The notes: generated by a model not told the origin, from the letters alone. A stretch of DNA of 64,000 nucleotides from Eledone cirrhosa (GCA_964016885.1 OZ024743.1:189472001-189536000), one strand, 5' to 3'; shown: positions 1-12,367, counted from the first letter of the stretch. Numbers and translations are program-made.

Positions 1-149
1 ACTTGTCCAACCAACATCTCAATTTATTGACCAACCAGCCAACCAATCACTTTACCCAACACTTTGCGAAAAACTTTCTCAACTATCTAGAATACTTGAT
101 TAACATTATCAAACCACATCAGTTTCCCCATCTTCTTTTTCTTCATTTT

Positions 150-355
150 CTCCTCCTCATCATCATCATCATCACCACCACCACCACCACCACCTACTCC
201 TACTCCTCCTCACTACTTTAATCATACTCCTTCTTTATTATTATTACCACCACCATCAACATCATCATCCCCACCTACCCCTACTCATCCTCACTACTGT
301 CATCATAATCCTTACCCTTTTCCATCATCAGCATCACCAACATCATTATCACCCA
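150..355. repeat. (CAT)n/(CAC)n/(CTC)n low-complexity tract
   Basis: Visible degenerate trinucleotide repeats. Confidence 0.85.
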
Positions 356-384
356 ATTTAAGGATACCATAACTAAATATCATT

Positions 385-487
385 ATGTTAACTACTTTGC
401 CTTTCATCCTTACGGGGTCAATAAAATAAAGTACCAGTAATGCACTGGGTAATTGCTGGCCTTGTGCCAAAAGTAGAAACAATTATG
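385..487 (+). mobile_element. SINE family A, 3' half
   Basis: ctttgcctttcatccttacggggtcaataaaataaagtaccagtaatgcactggg...gtagaaacaatt, nearly identical to the copies at 20867, 24281 and 47965. Confidence 0.85.
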
Positions 488-761
488 TTAACTAAATTTA
501 TTCTGCATGTTATTCTTTAGGCCTATTATCCATTCAGATTCACCAAGATTTTCTTACAAAATAAAAAAAAAACAGTTTTAAGGGGGAAAAGAAGACTTTT
601 TGAGTAAACTCATTACATTTCTCTTACTACATTTCCAATTTTAAAAACTGTATCAATCCTGATTTTTATTAGTAAGATATCTCTCTCTTGTTATACTTTT
701 CATTTAAAAAACTGTATCTATTTTGATTCTCATAAATAATTTAAAATGCAGGTCTTCCTTC

Positions 762-1450
762 AGGTGAATCAAGCCTGGCTTGGACCAACATCACCTTGTC
801 TACCCCTGATCAATTTGGCAGCCAAACAGTACTGCATGGCTCAATTCAGTGCCCATCTCATCAACTGGTACCCTTCTTAATGATAAGTGCACTCACATCG
901 GAATGGCTCAACACTTCAGTCTCCATATGTGTGAGCCACACAAATGCTGTTCTATAGCTGTTGTTGATGAATTTTGGCCTGCACGAACTGTCAGGCTGCC
1001 AGAGCATAGGGCAGTTCCCCCAAACATGTCACACACAACAACATATTGAGAAGGGGCCTGGTGCAGTTGGTTTCCCATCACAACTGGAGCCAGCAGGCTT
1101 CGACCGCAAAGATGGTAAGTGCCCCAACAGAATTATGCTCTTCCCATTCGAAGGAGGTAAATACCTCATCTGGGATGTGACATGCTTTGGCCACAAACCC
1201 TGTACTGTGGCCTGCAATGCAGAGGACAGGAAGACAAGCAAATACTGGGGCTTGTCTGACTATTTCCTTTTTGTACTGGTTTGCATCAAGATCTCAGGCA
1301 TCCTTGGACCCAATAGAACCAAGCTTCTCCATAAGATGGAAACATCAGTAGCTCATCTGAGGAAGGAGCCTCGCAAAGTGGAGTGTATGTTGCAGTGGGT
1401 GTCACTGGCCATTGTCTGCTGAAATGCCTTTGCAGTTTTGTCCATGGGGC
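762..1450 (+). mobile_element. CRE-clade non-LTR retrotransposon, C-terminal fragment (Zn knuckle + restriction-like endonuclease), frameshifted
   Basis: AWLNSVPISSTGTLL..EPHKC..VDEFGLHELS, then PSQLEPAGFDRKDGKCPN..PFEGGKYLIWDVTC..AEDRKTSKY. Matches the CRE-type pattern EPxGLxRxDGKRPDGxTxxPWxxGKxLxWDxT..KxxKY. Confidence 0.75.
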
Positions 1451-2793
1451 ACAGCCAAAACTCTGGCCTGACCTAGGTTTAGGGTTTATTATCTTCTCTT
1501 TCTTCTGATGTCTAATAGTCCTTGTTCTGTCCCTCCCCTTCTTCTCATTTATGGCATTTATAGTCCTTTACTTTACTTTCTTATACAGCCAGATCTGCCT
1601 TTCTTTGCCCCTTCCCCTTTTTTCATTACTTAATTTTGTTTTTATCTTTTTTAAATATTTCCATCATCTAAAATTCAACACAATACTGAAGAGATTCAGC
1701 TCAGATTGAAATACATATATGTGATTGGAATTCTATGATTTTTATTGTCTTTATTACTATGAACTAGATTTCATGTAATTCTACAGTTGAATTTTAATTA
1801 GTGTTATGAAATAGCTAAGTAAGAAATAAAGGGATCAACCAAGGATAAAATGGATAAAGCTTGTAGATAGAAATGCTTGTGAATTTTAAAACAAAAAGTA
1901 AATTTAATCAAATTCAATGATTCAGTTATGTTTTCAGACTTAAATTTAGAGATGTAGCAGTCTGAGTTGGCAATTGATGGAATTGTTAGTATCTGATTGA
2001 ATGCCTTGTGTTACCTGTTTCAGATCTTTGCCTTCTGAGTTCAAATTCTGTTAGGTGTCATTGGCCAAGGCTAATTCCTTTATCACAGGAACACCCAATC
2101 TCTCTTGAGAAAAAAGTCAGAATCACTCTGAGAAAAGAATCAGAGATGAAAAATATTTTAATATTTACATGTACACTGTCCAGATGTAGATGCTAAAATG
2201 TTTATCTCAGCTATTCAAAGATGAAATACCTGATTCAACCAAGGAAATGAATTTTCAGGAACATAATGAAAAATAAAATGAAATAAACAATGAAGCAAAT
2301 AAAGTGAAGAATAACAACAAAACAAGAAGCAACCCAGTTCCACTCCCAATATTTCTGCAATAACCATATTAAAGAAAAAGAGCAAAAGCAAAAGCAAAAA
2401 CAAAGATTAAAATTCTAACACTACAGTAGTTTTAAATCAATAGAAAATTAGTGATTTTAGCCAGCTGGACATAGGCTAAAGTTTACAGCTATTAAGTAAT
2501 TGAATCAAGATAAAAAAAGGTCAGCATAGATCTGAGAGAAAATCTAGATTCTTTGTGAGCCATCCACTTTATTGCAATCTAACAGCTAATCTGCCAGGCA
2601 GCTGAGGGGGCTAAAATATATGACTAAATTAGTATTGGTGCTCTGAAATAGCGATATATATATATATGAATGTATATATAGTGTATTTTACAATACACTG
2701 TATGCTTAATTAAAAGCATTTTGAAGACCTTACGCTATTGTTTTAGAGTAGTGACTATGTCACTTACTTCTTTTTTCAGCAAACAAAGGGAGA

Positions 2794-2841
2794 TAAGCTG
2801 ACAGATCTCTGTTTTGTACTCTTGGTACTCCTCAGAGCTTA
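2794..2841 (-). ncRNA. Type I hammerhead ribozyme (G12A variant), inverted copy
   Basis: Reverse complement of 2994-3041. Confidence 0.75.
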
Positions 2842-2993
2842 GTACTCCCTTTGCCTGCTGAAAATTATGAATGTTGCATTCTTAAAGAATTCCAGTAATA
2901 ATCAGGAACTGATTATACAGAGCGGTTGCCGGTCCAGCAAAAATTGAAAATAAGAATCCAACATTCATAATTTTCAGCAGGCAAAGGGAGTGC

Positions 2994-3041
2994 TAAGCTC
3001 TGAGGAGTACCAAGAGTACAAAACAGAGATCTGTCAGCTTA
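2994..3041 (+). ncRNA. Type I hammerhead ribozyme (G12A variant)
   Basis: taagct-CTGAGGA-gtac/caaga/gtac-AAAAC-agagatct-GTC-agctta. Perfect 6-bp stem I, extended by ttttcagcaggcaaagggag/ctccctttgtttgctgaaaa. GAAA is mutated to AAAA. Confidence 0.75.
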
Positions 3042-3199
3042 TCTCCCTTTGTTTGCTGAAAAAAGAAGTGACATAGTCACTACTCTAAAACAATAGCGTA
3101 AGGTCTTCAAAATGCTTTTAATTAAGCATACAGTGTTTTGCAAAATACACTATATATACATTCATATGACTAAATATATTGATTTCTTTTGGCAACACA

Positions 3200-3920
3200 C
3201 AAGACTTATTTATGTTGATGCTATTTTTGTTTAGCCTCTGGTCACTACTACTAAGAATTCTGAGCAAAGACATACCATGCCAGAGGTGACAGTACACATG
3301 CTTGAGGGAGTTCAACACCCACATTGAATGGTAATCTGAACACAAATACTAAGGCCATGTTCATGAGTGATGAAAGATAGGAGGCTGAATTAAGTGAAAG
3401 ATTTGCAGGAGCTGGTGCAGCATTTGGTCATCAGAAGAAGGTAGGTGTAAAAGCCAAACTTATATCTTCAATTCGGTATTTGTGTCAAACTTTCTTCATG
3501 CCTATGAATCTTGCATAATGACCAAACGAATATAATCGAAAGTAATAGGGGCCAAAATGGGGTTCCTTCAAAGTGTCTTTGGAGTAAGGTTACTTGATAG
3601 AGTGCATATCTCAGAGCTCAGAGAGTTGCTTTTGGTAGAGCCGCTATTTCTCTGAATAAAGGGATCACTGCTCCGATATTATGGACCTGTGGTTAGAATG
3701 TCTCAGGAAAAAATTGCTAGACAGATTTAATGGGCAAAATCAATTGGCAGGAGATCCAGGGCTAAACTCTAAGCAAGATGGTAGATTAAGCCCATGCACT
3801 TGGCTTGTCTCACTTGGGATCCAGCCAGATCAATTGGAGATTGTTGCTTCCGACACGATAGTCTAGGGGATATGTCTAATGACATGATCCTCACATACAT
3901 GGGCAAAGAAGAAGAGCCTA
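3200..3920 (+). mobile_element. Decayed RTE-clade LINE, 3' fragment
   Basis: By-eye translation gives AKMGFLQSVFGVRLLDRV..SELRELL.VEPL..SLLRYYGPVVRMSQEK, with stops. Confidence 0.6.
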
Positions 3921-4858
3921 ATGGCTTGAACATTATTTGACTGCTATTTCTAGTAGATAAAAGAATCTCATATGCCTGCATTTGTGTGTAGAGCAAGGCT
4001 TATTTTTAGAAGGGGTAAGAATAATTTGAAGTGGATTGTCCCAATAGCAATATATAATTGTTATTTGCTTTTGTGAGAATTGCATCTATAGAGATAAAAG
4101 GAAACAGAGGACATTGCAAGATCCAATTTTAGAAAATAGAGGGAGGGGTGGGGAGAAAAATACAACTCTGTCAAATTGTTTCTTCCATTCTTTGGTGTTT
4201 CAGGGAATTCAGTGTTCATAATTGAATCTTTGAATATAGTAACTTAAAGGAAGCTTGCTGACTACCTAACTATCTATCTATCTATCTATCCATCCATCTG
4301 TCCATCCATCGATCCATCCATTGCTCTCTCTCTCTCTAAATGTGTTTCTGTATGTCTGTCTCTTCTCTTCACTTATGTCATTGCAGGAAACTACATAAAT
4401 TGAGACCCCACTGTTCAGTGTTTAGTTGTGCAATAATCAGCATCTTACAAAAGAAAAAGAAAAACAGTAAATATATAACTAAAACAGTTGAATGTTGGCA
4501 TCAGAAAAGGGCATCTGGCCATAGAATTTTGCTTCAAAACATTTTGTCCAATCAAATTATGCATAGAAAAAATCGACATAAAACTGATAATAATAATGAG
4601 AATGGCAATGGCATGCTAGATTAATTCAATGCAATATTTAATAAATGTATTCTTTAGTGATTTCAAATCCTATTCAAACCAAAATTTTCTTTCTTTATAG
4701 CCAAGGCACATCAAATGACAATAAAACAAATACCAGTTATGTACTGTGGCAATGAAAATGATGTTTACACTCTTTCTCTACATCATTAAAATTAGTATAT
4801 CAATGCATTTTTTCTCATAGCAAAATATAACTCAGAAACAGTTTAAACATAAACTATA

Positions 4859-5017
4859 AAGTTTGTGAATTTGAAAGCAGCATCAAAATTGTTTGAATAT
4901 GAAAAATCGTCTTACAAGTTGGGCATATAAGCTCTGAAGACATATTCATATGCCTAACTTATAAGACTATTTATCATAATCAAACAACATTGATGTTTCT
5001 CTCAAATTCACAAACTT
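4859..5017. repeat. Diverged inverted repeat (~70 bp arms, ~18 nt spacer)
   Basis: aagtttgtgaatttga...cttacaagttgggcatat versus atatgcctaacttataagac...tcaaattcacaaactt. Confidence 0.75.
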
Positions 5018-6085
5018 CCTATTGCTCAACAATTCGAATAATTGATTGTTTATAAATTATAAATATTTTCAAACTAAGGTCGAAACAACCAACCAGCCAG
5101 CCAACCAAAACCCAAATGTTTCTAAAAATAAAACAGACCCACACAAAACATCCAGTTTAATCTACATAAGCCCCTTCTGTTCTCTAATTTGTCTTTGTAC
5201 TGTCCCTTTAATCCATTGCCCTTGAGCCAAATGAGATAATAATAATTATTATTATTATCTAAAATTTTAGAGGAGAATCAAGGTGGAAAAGGAAGTGCTG
5301 CCTCCCAACCAGTTTGTGTTTGAGAGGGATGACAATGGACCGTGTATGAGAGTGCGAGAGTGGTGAGAATGGACTGTGTAGATTGGGGGAGAGAACTGGG
5401 AGAGGGCACTTTGCCCTAGGGAAGAGGGTGACCATGGCTTTCATGGTATTTTTCTACAAATGACCCTTGGAGTCTCCCCACCTTTGGGGGATTTATTATG
5501 TTTGTTTTTAAATGTTTATTTTCTTAGTCTCAGTTATAAATTTTGTTTTACACAAAAACCCCTGTGTAAAAAGAGCCCTGTGTGGCTAATAAAGAAATTA
5601 TTATTATCATCTAAAACAACATCCAGTAATAAAACATCACCATCATTATCTTCTGCAAAAATAATTACTTATTATTTGAATTGAAAAACTAAATTCATGA
5701 AAACAAGATTAGGAAATTAAAAACAATAACCATTATTAAAATTGCAAGAAGTAAAAGTAATAAAAATTATGATTTGATGAATGTTGCTAGAAGTAATGGC
5801 ATAGTTGACTAATGAAGGAAGTTAATTATGGTTACTTTACATAATTTTTAGTTCTTCACAGCTTCCAGATCTGCCAGCTAGCAAACACTCAAAATATTGC
5901 CAAATATTGAAACATAAATACATTAGTGTGCACAGATTGATGTACAAATATGCACATACATACATGAATACATACATACATACATACATACATAAATAAA
6001 TACATATTGATATATACATATATATGTATACATATATATGTACAAAGTGTTAAAACGATCAAATTTTAGTTTAGAACATTTATTA

Positions 6086-6130
6086 GCTGACAATTGTTTC
6101 TTCCAGAGGGAAGTCTGGAATCATCGGAGC
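6086..6130 (-). ncRNA. Minimal type I hammerhead ribozyme (U4C variant), inverted copy
   Basis: gct-CCGATGA-ttccaga/cttccc/tctggaa-GAAAC-aatt-GTC-agc-t-AATAAA on the minus strand. Confidence 0.75.
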
Positions 6131-7092
6131 ATAAGGAATGTCGAAAACGTGTAACTAGAATCCTAGTCATTTAGAACATTTAGGGTACATAGTTGTTATT
6201 AGTGTCAAAGGCATCATGTGGATAGTCAGGAGTTAAAAAGATGTTCCGCTTGAAATAACACAATTACAGGCAGCACTGATTGGAAGTGTAAGTAAAAGTA
6301 AAAGCAAAAAGCACAAGCGAAAAAATCACAAGCAAAAAATCACAGGGAAAGAGGTTATAAGCAAGGACAATTGGTGTACAATGCAAGAGTCAATACAGTC
6401 AATAATCATGTATGAGGAAAGAGTTGTAATGCAGTTGAAATAAACGTATTTTGTGTGGGGTGATTTTCATTTAAGTGGGTTTTTTTTGTTGTAGTTCGTA
6501 TTTATGTGTATGTGTTGTTTGTTACTCGCAGCTATTAATCATGGGATTATTTTAAGTCATTTATAGTCAATAGGTGTTTGTTTGTTAAATGTAAACTCCT
6601 CCGAATTACTGGCCATGTTGTTATTGTAGGAAAATCACATACCCAACTATATCACGTGCTTTACATTACACCTTACATAAAAATACCTACATTATCACCA
6701 CACGCCTCTCTAACAAATTGCACTCTATCTTAAATGTTTATAACAAATATAACATGCTTTAACACCCCACACAAAATACGTTTATTTCAACTGCATTACA
6801 ACTCTTTCCTCATACATGCCTTATTGACTGTATTGACTCCTGCATTGTACACCAATTGTCCTTGCTTATAACTTCTTTGCCTGTGTTTTTTCGCTTGTGA
6901 TTTTTTTGCTTGTGATTTTTACTTATACCTATTACACTTCCAACCAGTGCTGCCTGTAATTGTGTTATTTCAAGCGGAACATCTTTTTAACTCCTGACTC
7001 TCCACATGATGCCTTTGACACTAATAACAACTATGTACCCTAAATGTTCTAAATGACTAGGATTCTAGTTACACGTTTTCGACATTCCTTAT

Positions 7093-7137
7093 GCTCCGAT
7101 GATTCCAAACTTCCCTCTGGAAGAAACAATTGTCAGC
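7093..7137 (+). ncRNA. Minimal type I hammerhead ribozyme (U4C variant)
   Basis: gct-CCGATGA-ttcca..tggaa-GAAAC-aatt-GTC-agc; AATAAA at 7139; palindromic ACAATTGT stem III. Confidence 0.75.
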
Positions 7138-7558
7138 TAATAAATGTTCTAAACTAAAATTTGATCGTTTTAACACTTTGTATCTCGGCTCTGTAAAACA
7201 CTTGAAAATTGGCATTGAGCCTTTTCTCATACCGGTAACCAGCTAGTACTTAGTACTTACTACCCTACATATTTATAATTATATCAAACATATATAAATA
7301 TAAATATAAATATTACATATATATGTATATATATTTGCATTTATATAAATATAAATATATATATATATACTAAGCTAAGGTATCATAACTTACATAATAT
7401 GCATGATGATTATGTTTCTCCGTAGAAAAGCTCAATGGATGTTTGTCTAGACCATCAATAATTCAAATTAAATTATATATGTGTATATAGAGAGAGAAAG
7501 AGTCATATATCGTTATGTGTCTCACTAATGATATATGGCTCATTCTCTTTCTCTCTAT

Positions 7559-7677
<119 letters not shown>

Positions 7678-7870
7678 GTTACAACAATCTATCAACAATA
7701 CTCTGATATCCTAATACCTAAATGTCAGCAGAAGGGCAGCCAGGAGTCATGATCTGAATATGAGCAGCCCCCCCCCTCCCGAGAGTGTAAGAAGTTAATG
7801 GCTGAAACCACTCTCTTGATGGAGTTACATCTCTGAAAACCTTCTGCTCTTCAGCTCTCCTGAGAATTTC

Positions 7871-7911
<41 letters not shown>

Positions 7912-7950
7912 TATATATAGTAATAATATATATTTGAAGTAATATATATA

Positions 7951-8008
7951 TTTGAAGATCCCGTTAAGGGTGAAAGCAGCGATTCTTTGCTTAAACTTTA
8001 ATCTGTTA

Positions 8009-8015
<7 letters not shown>
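7951..8015 (+). repeat. Short fragment of palindrome family P1
   Basis: gaagatcccgttaagggtgaaagcagcgattctttgcttaaactttaatctgttattttaat, identical to the right arm of 57386-57671. Confidence 0.85.
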
Positions 8016-8083
<68 letters not shown>

Positions 8084-8407
8084 GATAACAAGTTTTCGTT
8101 ATAGGTAATCCAGTTAGAGGTTGTGATTACTCTGCATCGTGGATAGTTTTAACGTACGGCTTTGTTTGACACTACAAGATGCTTCCATAGTTATGCAGCG
8201 AGTTCTCGGTAATTTCGATGCAGGTTATACTTGGAGTAATAATAGATAAAGAATGAAGAGTAACATGGTTGGCTGTACAATAAGGGCTTTATTTAAAGTA
8301 CTGACAATTGTGTCGTTGATAAGGTGAGTCTAGAGTTCGCTAATCTCTTGAGGTTGCGTCATTCGATCTCCAGTACATTATTTACCTCTGGTCGCTTATC
8401 TCGATTT

Positions 8408-8449
<42 letters not shown>

Positions 8450-8459
8450 TTTAGTACAG

Positions 8460-10308
8460 CATTGACGAAGCTTTAGTATACGGCCAAGCTAGCGTGTATG
8501 CATAATCGGTCTGTAGCTTTAGCACTCAGATGAGGTAAGACCCCAGAGTAATAACGTTACGTTCAGACAGCTTAGCAGATCAGATATAGCAGTCGGCAGT
8601 CCGACCGCATTACCAGAGCAACGAAAATACAGGACCCAGGAAAAGATTTTTTACTGAACTGGACATAACGCTGAGGCTGAGTGTAAAATATATAACCCAC
8701 ATGGTGTATCCACAATATAGATCGCAATATCGCACGCAACATCAGCGCTAAGTTTCTGCAAATCCATTATCGACAAATTCCTATTGCAGGAGTGTGCAAT
8801 ATAATGGTTTTTGACGACAGAACATAGGATTTACTTCTTCAGCAAGTCTTTCGTTCTTAGCCAAAGCGGGTATGTTTAAACTTTAAAAGTCGGCACAGAC
8901 ACGTGGTTTTCTCTAAGGGAGGTAATCCCCGCTTAGGCGGTGTATTCTAATTTGAGATAAAGGAATGAATCCCCTTATACAAACCGAATAAAGCACTCGA
9001 CCAGAAGTTATCAAACACACTTAAACAATTAATTAATCAATAGAATCATCTAATAAAATTAATCAGTTAATCGTTAATTCTACCCGGATTCAACCCTTTC
9101 CCCACCACCAGGATACTAACAACCACTAACATCTCCTTCACCACACACACACTCATCCAAACACGCACGCACACACCAGTACACTACACTCCCTCCACCG
9201 TCCCCCACACCTTTTCTCTCCCTCTCCCCACCCCACCCATACCCCTTCACACACACACACATCCCACTAACACCCCATCCCCCACATGACCCCCTCCCCA
9301 CACCACCTTTACACCTACCCATCCTCTCCCCTGTCCACCGTACCTCCGCACACACTGACACACTGACTTTCTCCACCTGCCATTCTCCTCTACTGCTGCT
9401 ATGCCTTGACCGTCTGACCACTTCTCCGCACACACAGACAAACACCCCTCTCCACCTGTCATTCTCCTCTACCCTCATCCTGCATTGACCCTCTGACCAT
9501 TTCCTGTTGCGCGCACACCCCACATCTCCTCTCTTCCGACTAACACAACCTCGGATTACACACCATTGGCCATCGTTCCCACTATCTACTCCATCACATG
9601 GAAAATATCCGGCAACCCTTCACACCCTCGACGGAACTACATTTGGAACTTACCCACGGACATACACTAAAAAAACATTTTTTAGAACCACGCCACCTAC
9701 ATCCACAAAACGTATAAACACCACACACAAGTGCGTACCCCCACATATATACACACTCAGCCTCCGGAATCCTCTCTCTCTCCCCTGCCCCACCCCTACG
9801 ACCCCTCCCCATCCACCCGTACACACAAACCGACCTACACCCCACCCCATACACACACCTTTTCCTGAACATGGAACCTCGTTCTTCCCCCAACTCTCAC
9901 ATTCATATATACACACACACACACACGTACACCTACACACATACACCACCTTCAGCCCGCCCCGCTCGGACACCCCGCCTCCCTCTCCCCACTCAACCTG
10001 CCACCACCCCTACACGCCCCACACCCTTCCACCACTTGTTTATCTTCATGTTTATTTTTATTTTTATTTTTTTAATTTTTATTTGTACCCCTTCCACCGT
10101 TTTTCCACCCTTTCCTCTCCCCCCTTTTTTGTAAATGTCTCTCCTCCACTCCCCTACACACCCTCGGAACTATCTTCCCACCCACTTTTCGCCTGAAGAA
10201 GGGGTTATGCCCGAAACATCGTTCCCCGCCCCCCACTCTCAAGAGCGTGAAACTAATAAACCTTTGTTCGTACTGCCTCTCTGATTTGTTCCCGTTCCAT
10301 TTTTCACT
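8460..10308 (+). mobile_element. Decayed Penelope-like element (Naiad-like), 3' part with long CA-rich 3' UTR and terminal HHR
   Basis: Degenerate peptide remnants RNIARNISAKFL..IIDKF (~8720-8780) and NK..RPEVI (~8985-9012); C/A-rich UTR; HHR core at 10193; AATAAA at 10255; ends at (TA)n. Confidence 0.55.
10190..10223 (+). ncRNA. Minimal hammerhead-like core
   Basis: CTGAAGA-a-gggg/ttat/gccc-GAAAC-atc; stem I is weak. Confidence 0.55.
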
Positions 10309-10319
10309 ATATATATATA

Positions 10320-10477
10320 TCTATCTATCTATCTAAGGCGGGTAAAATTCCCGAGATCCATGGACGAGCTCTCTCCAGCGGTCTCTGTCCCTCATTATCG
10401 CTGCCATATCCTGCATCTCCAACAGACCAGTGTCTGTCCTTAGGGCATCAACATATGTTAACCTTGGTCTTCCTCTA
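10320..10477 (-). mobile_element. RTE-X-like LINE, extreme 3' end with (AGAT)n tail
   Basis: Minus strand reads GRPRLTYVDALRTDTGLLEMQDMAAIMRDRDRWRELV..* followed by agatagatag. Confidence 0.7.
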
Positions 10478-10482
10478 TATAT

Positions 10483-11451
10483 AATGAAAAATTGAACAGG
10501 GACAGAACAGAGAGGCAGTACGATAAATGTTTATTAAATTTACGCCCAGGAGAGTGGGGGGTAGGTGGGGGACGACGTTTCGGGCATAAGCCCTTCTTCA
10601 GGTGAGAAGTGTGTGGGAACAGAGTTCAAAAGGTGTGTAGGGGAGTGGTGGAGAGACATATAGCGAAAGGAAACGGTGCGAATGAAAAATTAACAAATAA
10701 AGACAAAAATATAATAAATAATAAATAAAAATAAAGCATGATCAAAATACAAGGAATGAGAAAATTTAAAAATAAAGGCATGATCAAAATAAACTGAAAT
10801 TAAAAGGGGAGTAAACAGGTGGTGGAAGGGTGTGGGGTGAGTAGGGGTGGTGGCGGATGTAGTGGGGAGAGCGAGACGGGGTGTCCGAGCGGGGAGGGCT
10901 GAAGGTGGTGTGTGTGGTTAGGTGTGCGTGTGTGTGTGTGTGTATGTGAAAGTGAGGGTTGGGGGAAGAACGGGGTTGCATGTTCAGGAAGGTGTGTGTG
11001 GGGGGTGTTGTTGTGGGTCGGAGGGTCTGTGCGTGTGTGGATAGGGGGGTGGGGGGAGAGGAATCAGGAGGCTGAGGGTGTAAATATGTGGTGGGAAGCA
11101 CGTGTGTGTGGTTTAAGCGTGTTGTGGGTGTGGGTGGCGTGTGGATAAAAAAAATGTTTGGGGTGTGTGTGTGTGGGTGAGTTATATAGGTGATGGTGTA
11201 AGAGGATGGTTGAAAAGTTGGTAAGTTACACGGATGTGTGGAGATTTTGGTTAGAAGTCAATAACGCGTGTGGGTAATCCAAGAAGCGGTGGTCGGAAGA
11301 GGAGAGATGTGGGGTGCGCGCGCAACAGGAAGTGGTCAGCAGTGGAAGTGCTGTGGTCAGTTGGTGCTGAGACAGTGGTCGGAAGGGCATAGCAGCAGTC
11401 GGCGGAATGGTAGGGAGGCGAGGATGGGTAGGTGTGAGAGTTGGAGTGAGG

Positions 11452-11486
<35 letters not shown>

Positions 11487-12020
11487 TAGTAGGGGTGTTA
11501 GTGGGATGAGTGAGTGTGGAGTGGGGAGAGAAGGGTGTGTGTGGTTCTATGGAGGGAGTGTGGTGTACTGGTGTGTGTGTAGTTTGGTGAAGAGGTGTTA
11601 GTGGGTGTTAGTATACGGGAGGTGGGGAGGGGTGGAATGCAGGTGTGAGTGGGGGTTAGTGGGGGTAGGGTGTGTAGAGTTGGTGGTGTACGAGGGTGTG
11701 TGGGTACGTGTGCGTGGGGTTGGAGGGTGTTAGTGATGTTAGTTGCGTGTGGGGTGGGTGGTGTAAGTGGGTGCGTGTGTGCGTGTGATAAGGAGGGGGG
11801 AGGAGGAGAAGAGGGGAGGGAAGGGATGTTAGTATGTTAGTGGGGGGGGTCAGACGAGGGGTGGAGTGGAGGTGTTAGTATTGTTAGTGTGGGGTGGGCG
11901 GTGAAAAGGAGGGGTGTGTTAGTGGTGTTAGTGGGGGATAAGTGTGGAGGTGGGGGGGGCGGTTGAACGCTAAAGGAATAAGGGTGGGGAGTTCAGGCCG
12001 GGGGGGAGTGTGGGTCTGTA
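10483..12020 (-). mobile_element. Second, diverged copy of the CA-rich PLE 3' UTR, in opposite orientation
   Basis: Homologous to ~9110-10308 (e.g. ttcctgttgcgcgcac, cccgctcggacacccc, gtactgcctctctg). Confidence 0.75.
10572..10604 (-). ncRNA. Minimal hammerhead ribozyme core
   Basis: cac-CTGAAGA-a-gggc/ttat/gccc-GAAAC-GTC-gt; palindromic ACGT stem III; AATAAA at 10530-10535 (minus). Confidence 0.65.
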
Positions 12021-12035
12021 AGATATATATATATA

Positions 12036-12083
<48 letters not shown>

Positions 12084-12325
12084 GTCTTATGGTAGCTAGG
12101 ATGCGTCCATAGGCGGTATGCCGGTTGAGCACTCCATGCTCCTAGGGAGCAGAGTATTTATATATAAGGATTAGTGCTCTGAAATAGCGATGTATACATG
12201 AATGTATGTATAATATATTTGGCAATATACTGCATGTTTAATTAAAAACATTTTGAAGACCATGCGCTATCGGCTTTAAGTAGTGACTATGTCACTTACT
12301 TCTTTTCGGCGAAAGAAGGGAGAGT

Positions 12326-12367
12326 AGCTAGCAGTCTGTTTCATGCTGTTTGGTGATCATCAGAGCC
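12326..12367 (-). ncRNA. Degenerate hammerhead ribozyme (R1)
   Basis: ggct-CTGATGA-tcaccaaacagcat-GAAAC-agactgct-agct on the minus strand. Confidence 0.55.

Larger units (their letters stand above)
2632..3167. mobile_element. Fold-back, HHR-bearing non-coding element (retrozyme-like family R1, locus 1)
   Basis: Arms ~2664-2885 and ~2951-3167 are near-perfect reverse complements; homologous to 12171-12855; no ORF. Confidence 0.8.
6040..7290. mobile_element. Fold-back PLE-like terminal element with ~420 bp inverted arms, inserted in TA-rich DNA
   Basis: 6040-6462 is the reverse complement of 6762-7182; each arm has an HHR plus AATAAA facing outward; the right arm extends ~100 nt further. Confidence 0.8.

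Noticed and set aside
9507-10196. 229-aa Pro/His/Thr-rich ORF
   Set aside because: Open only because of the C/A bias of the repeat UTR; no equivalent long ORF in the second copy
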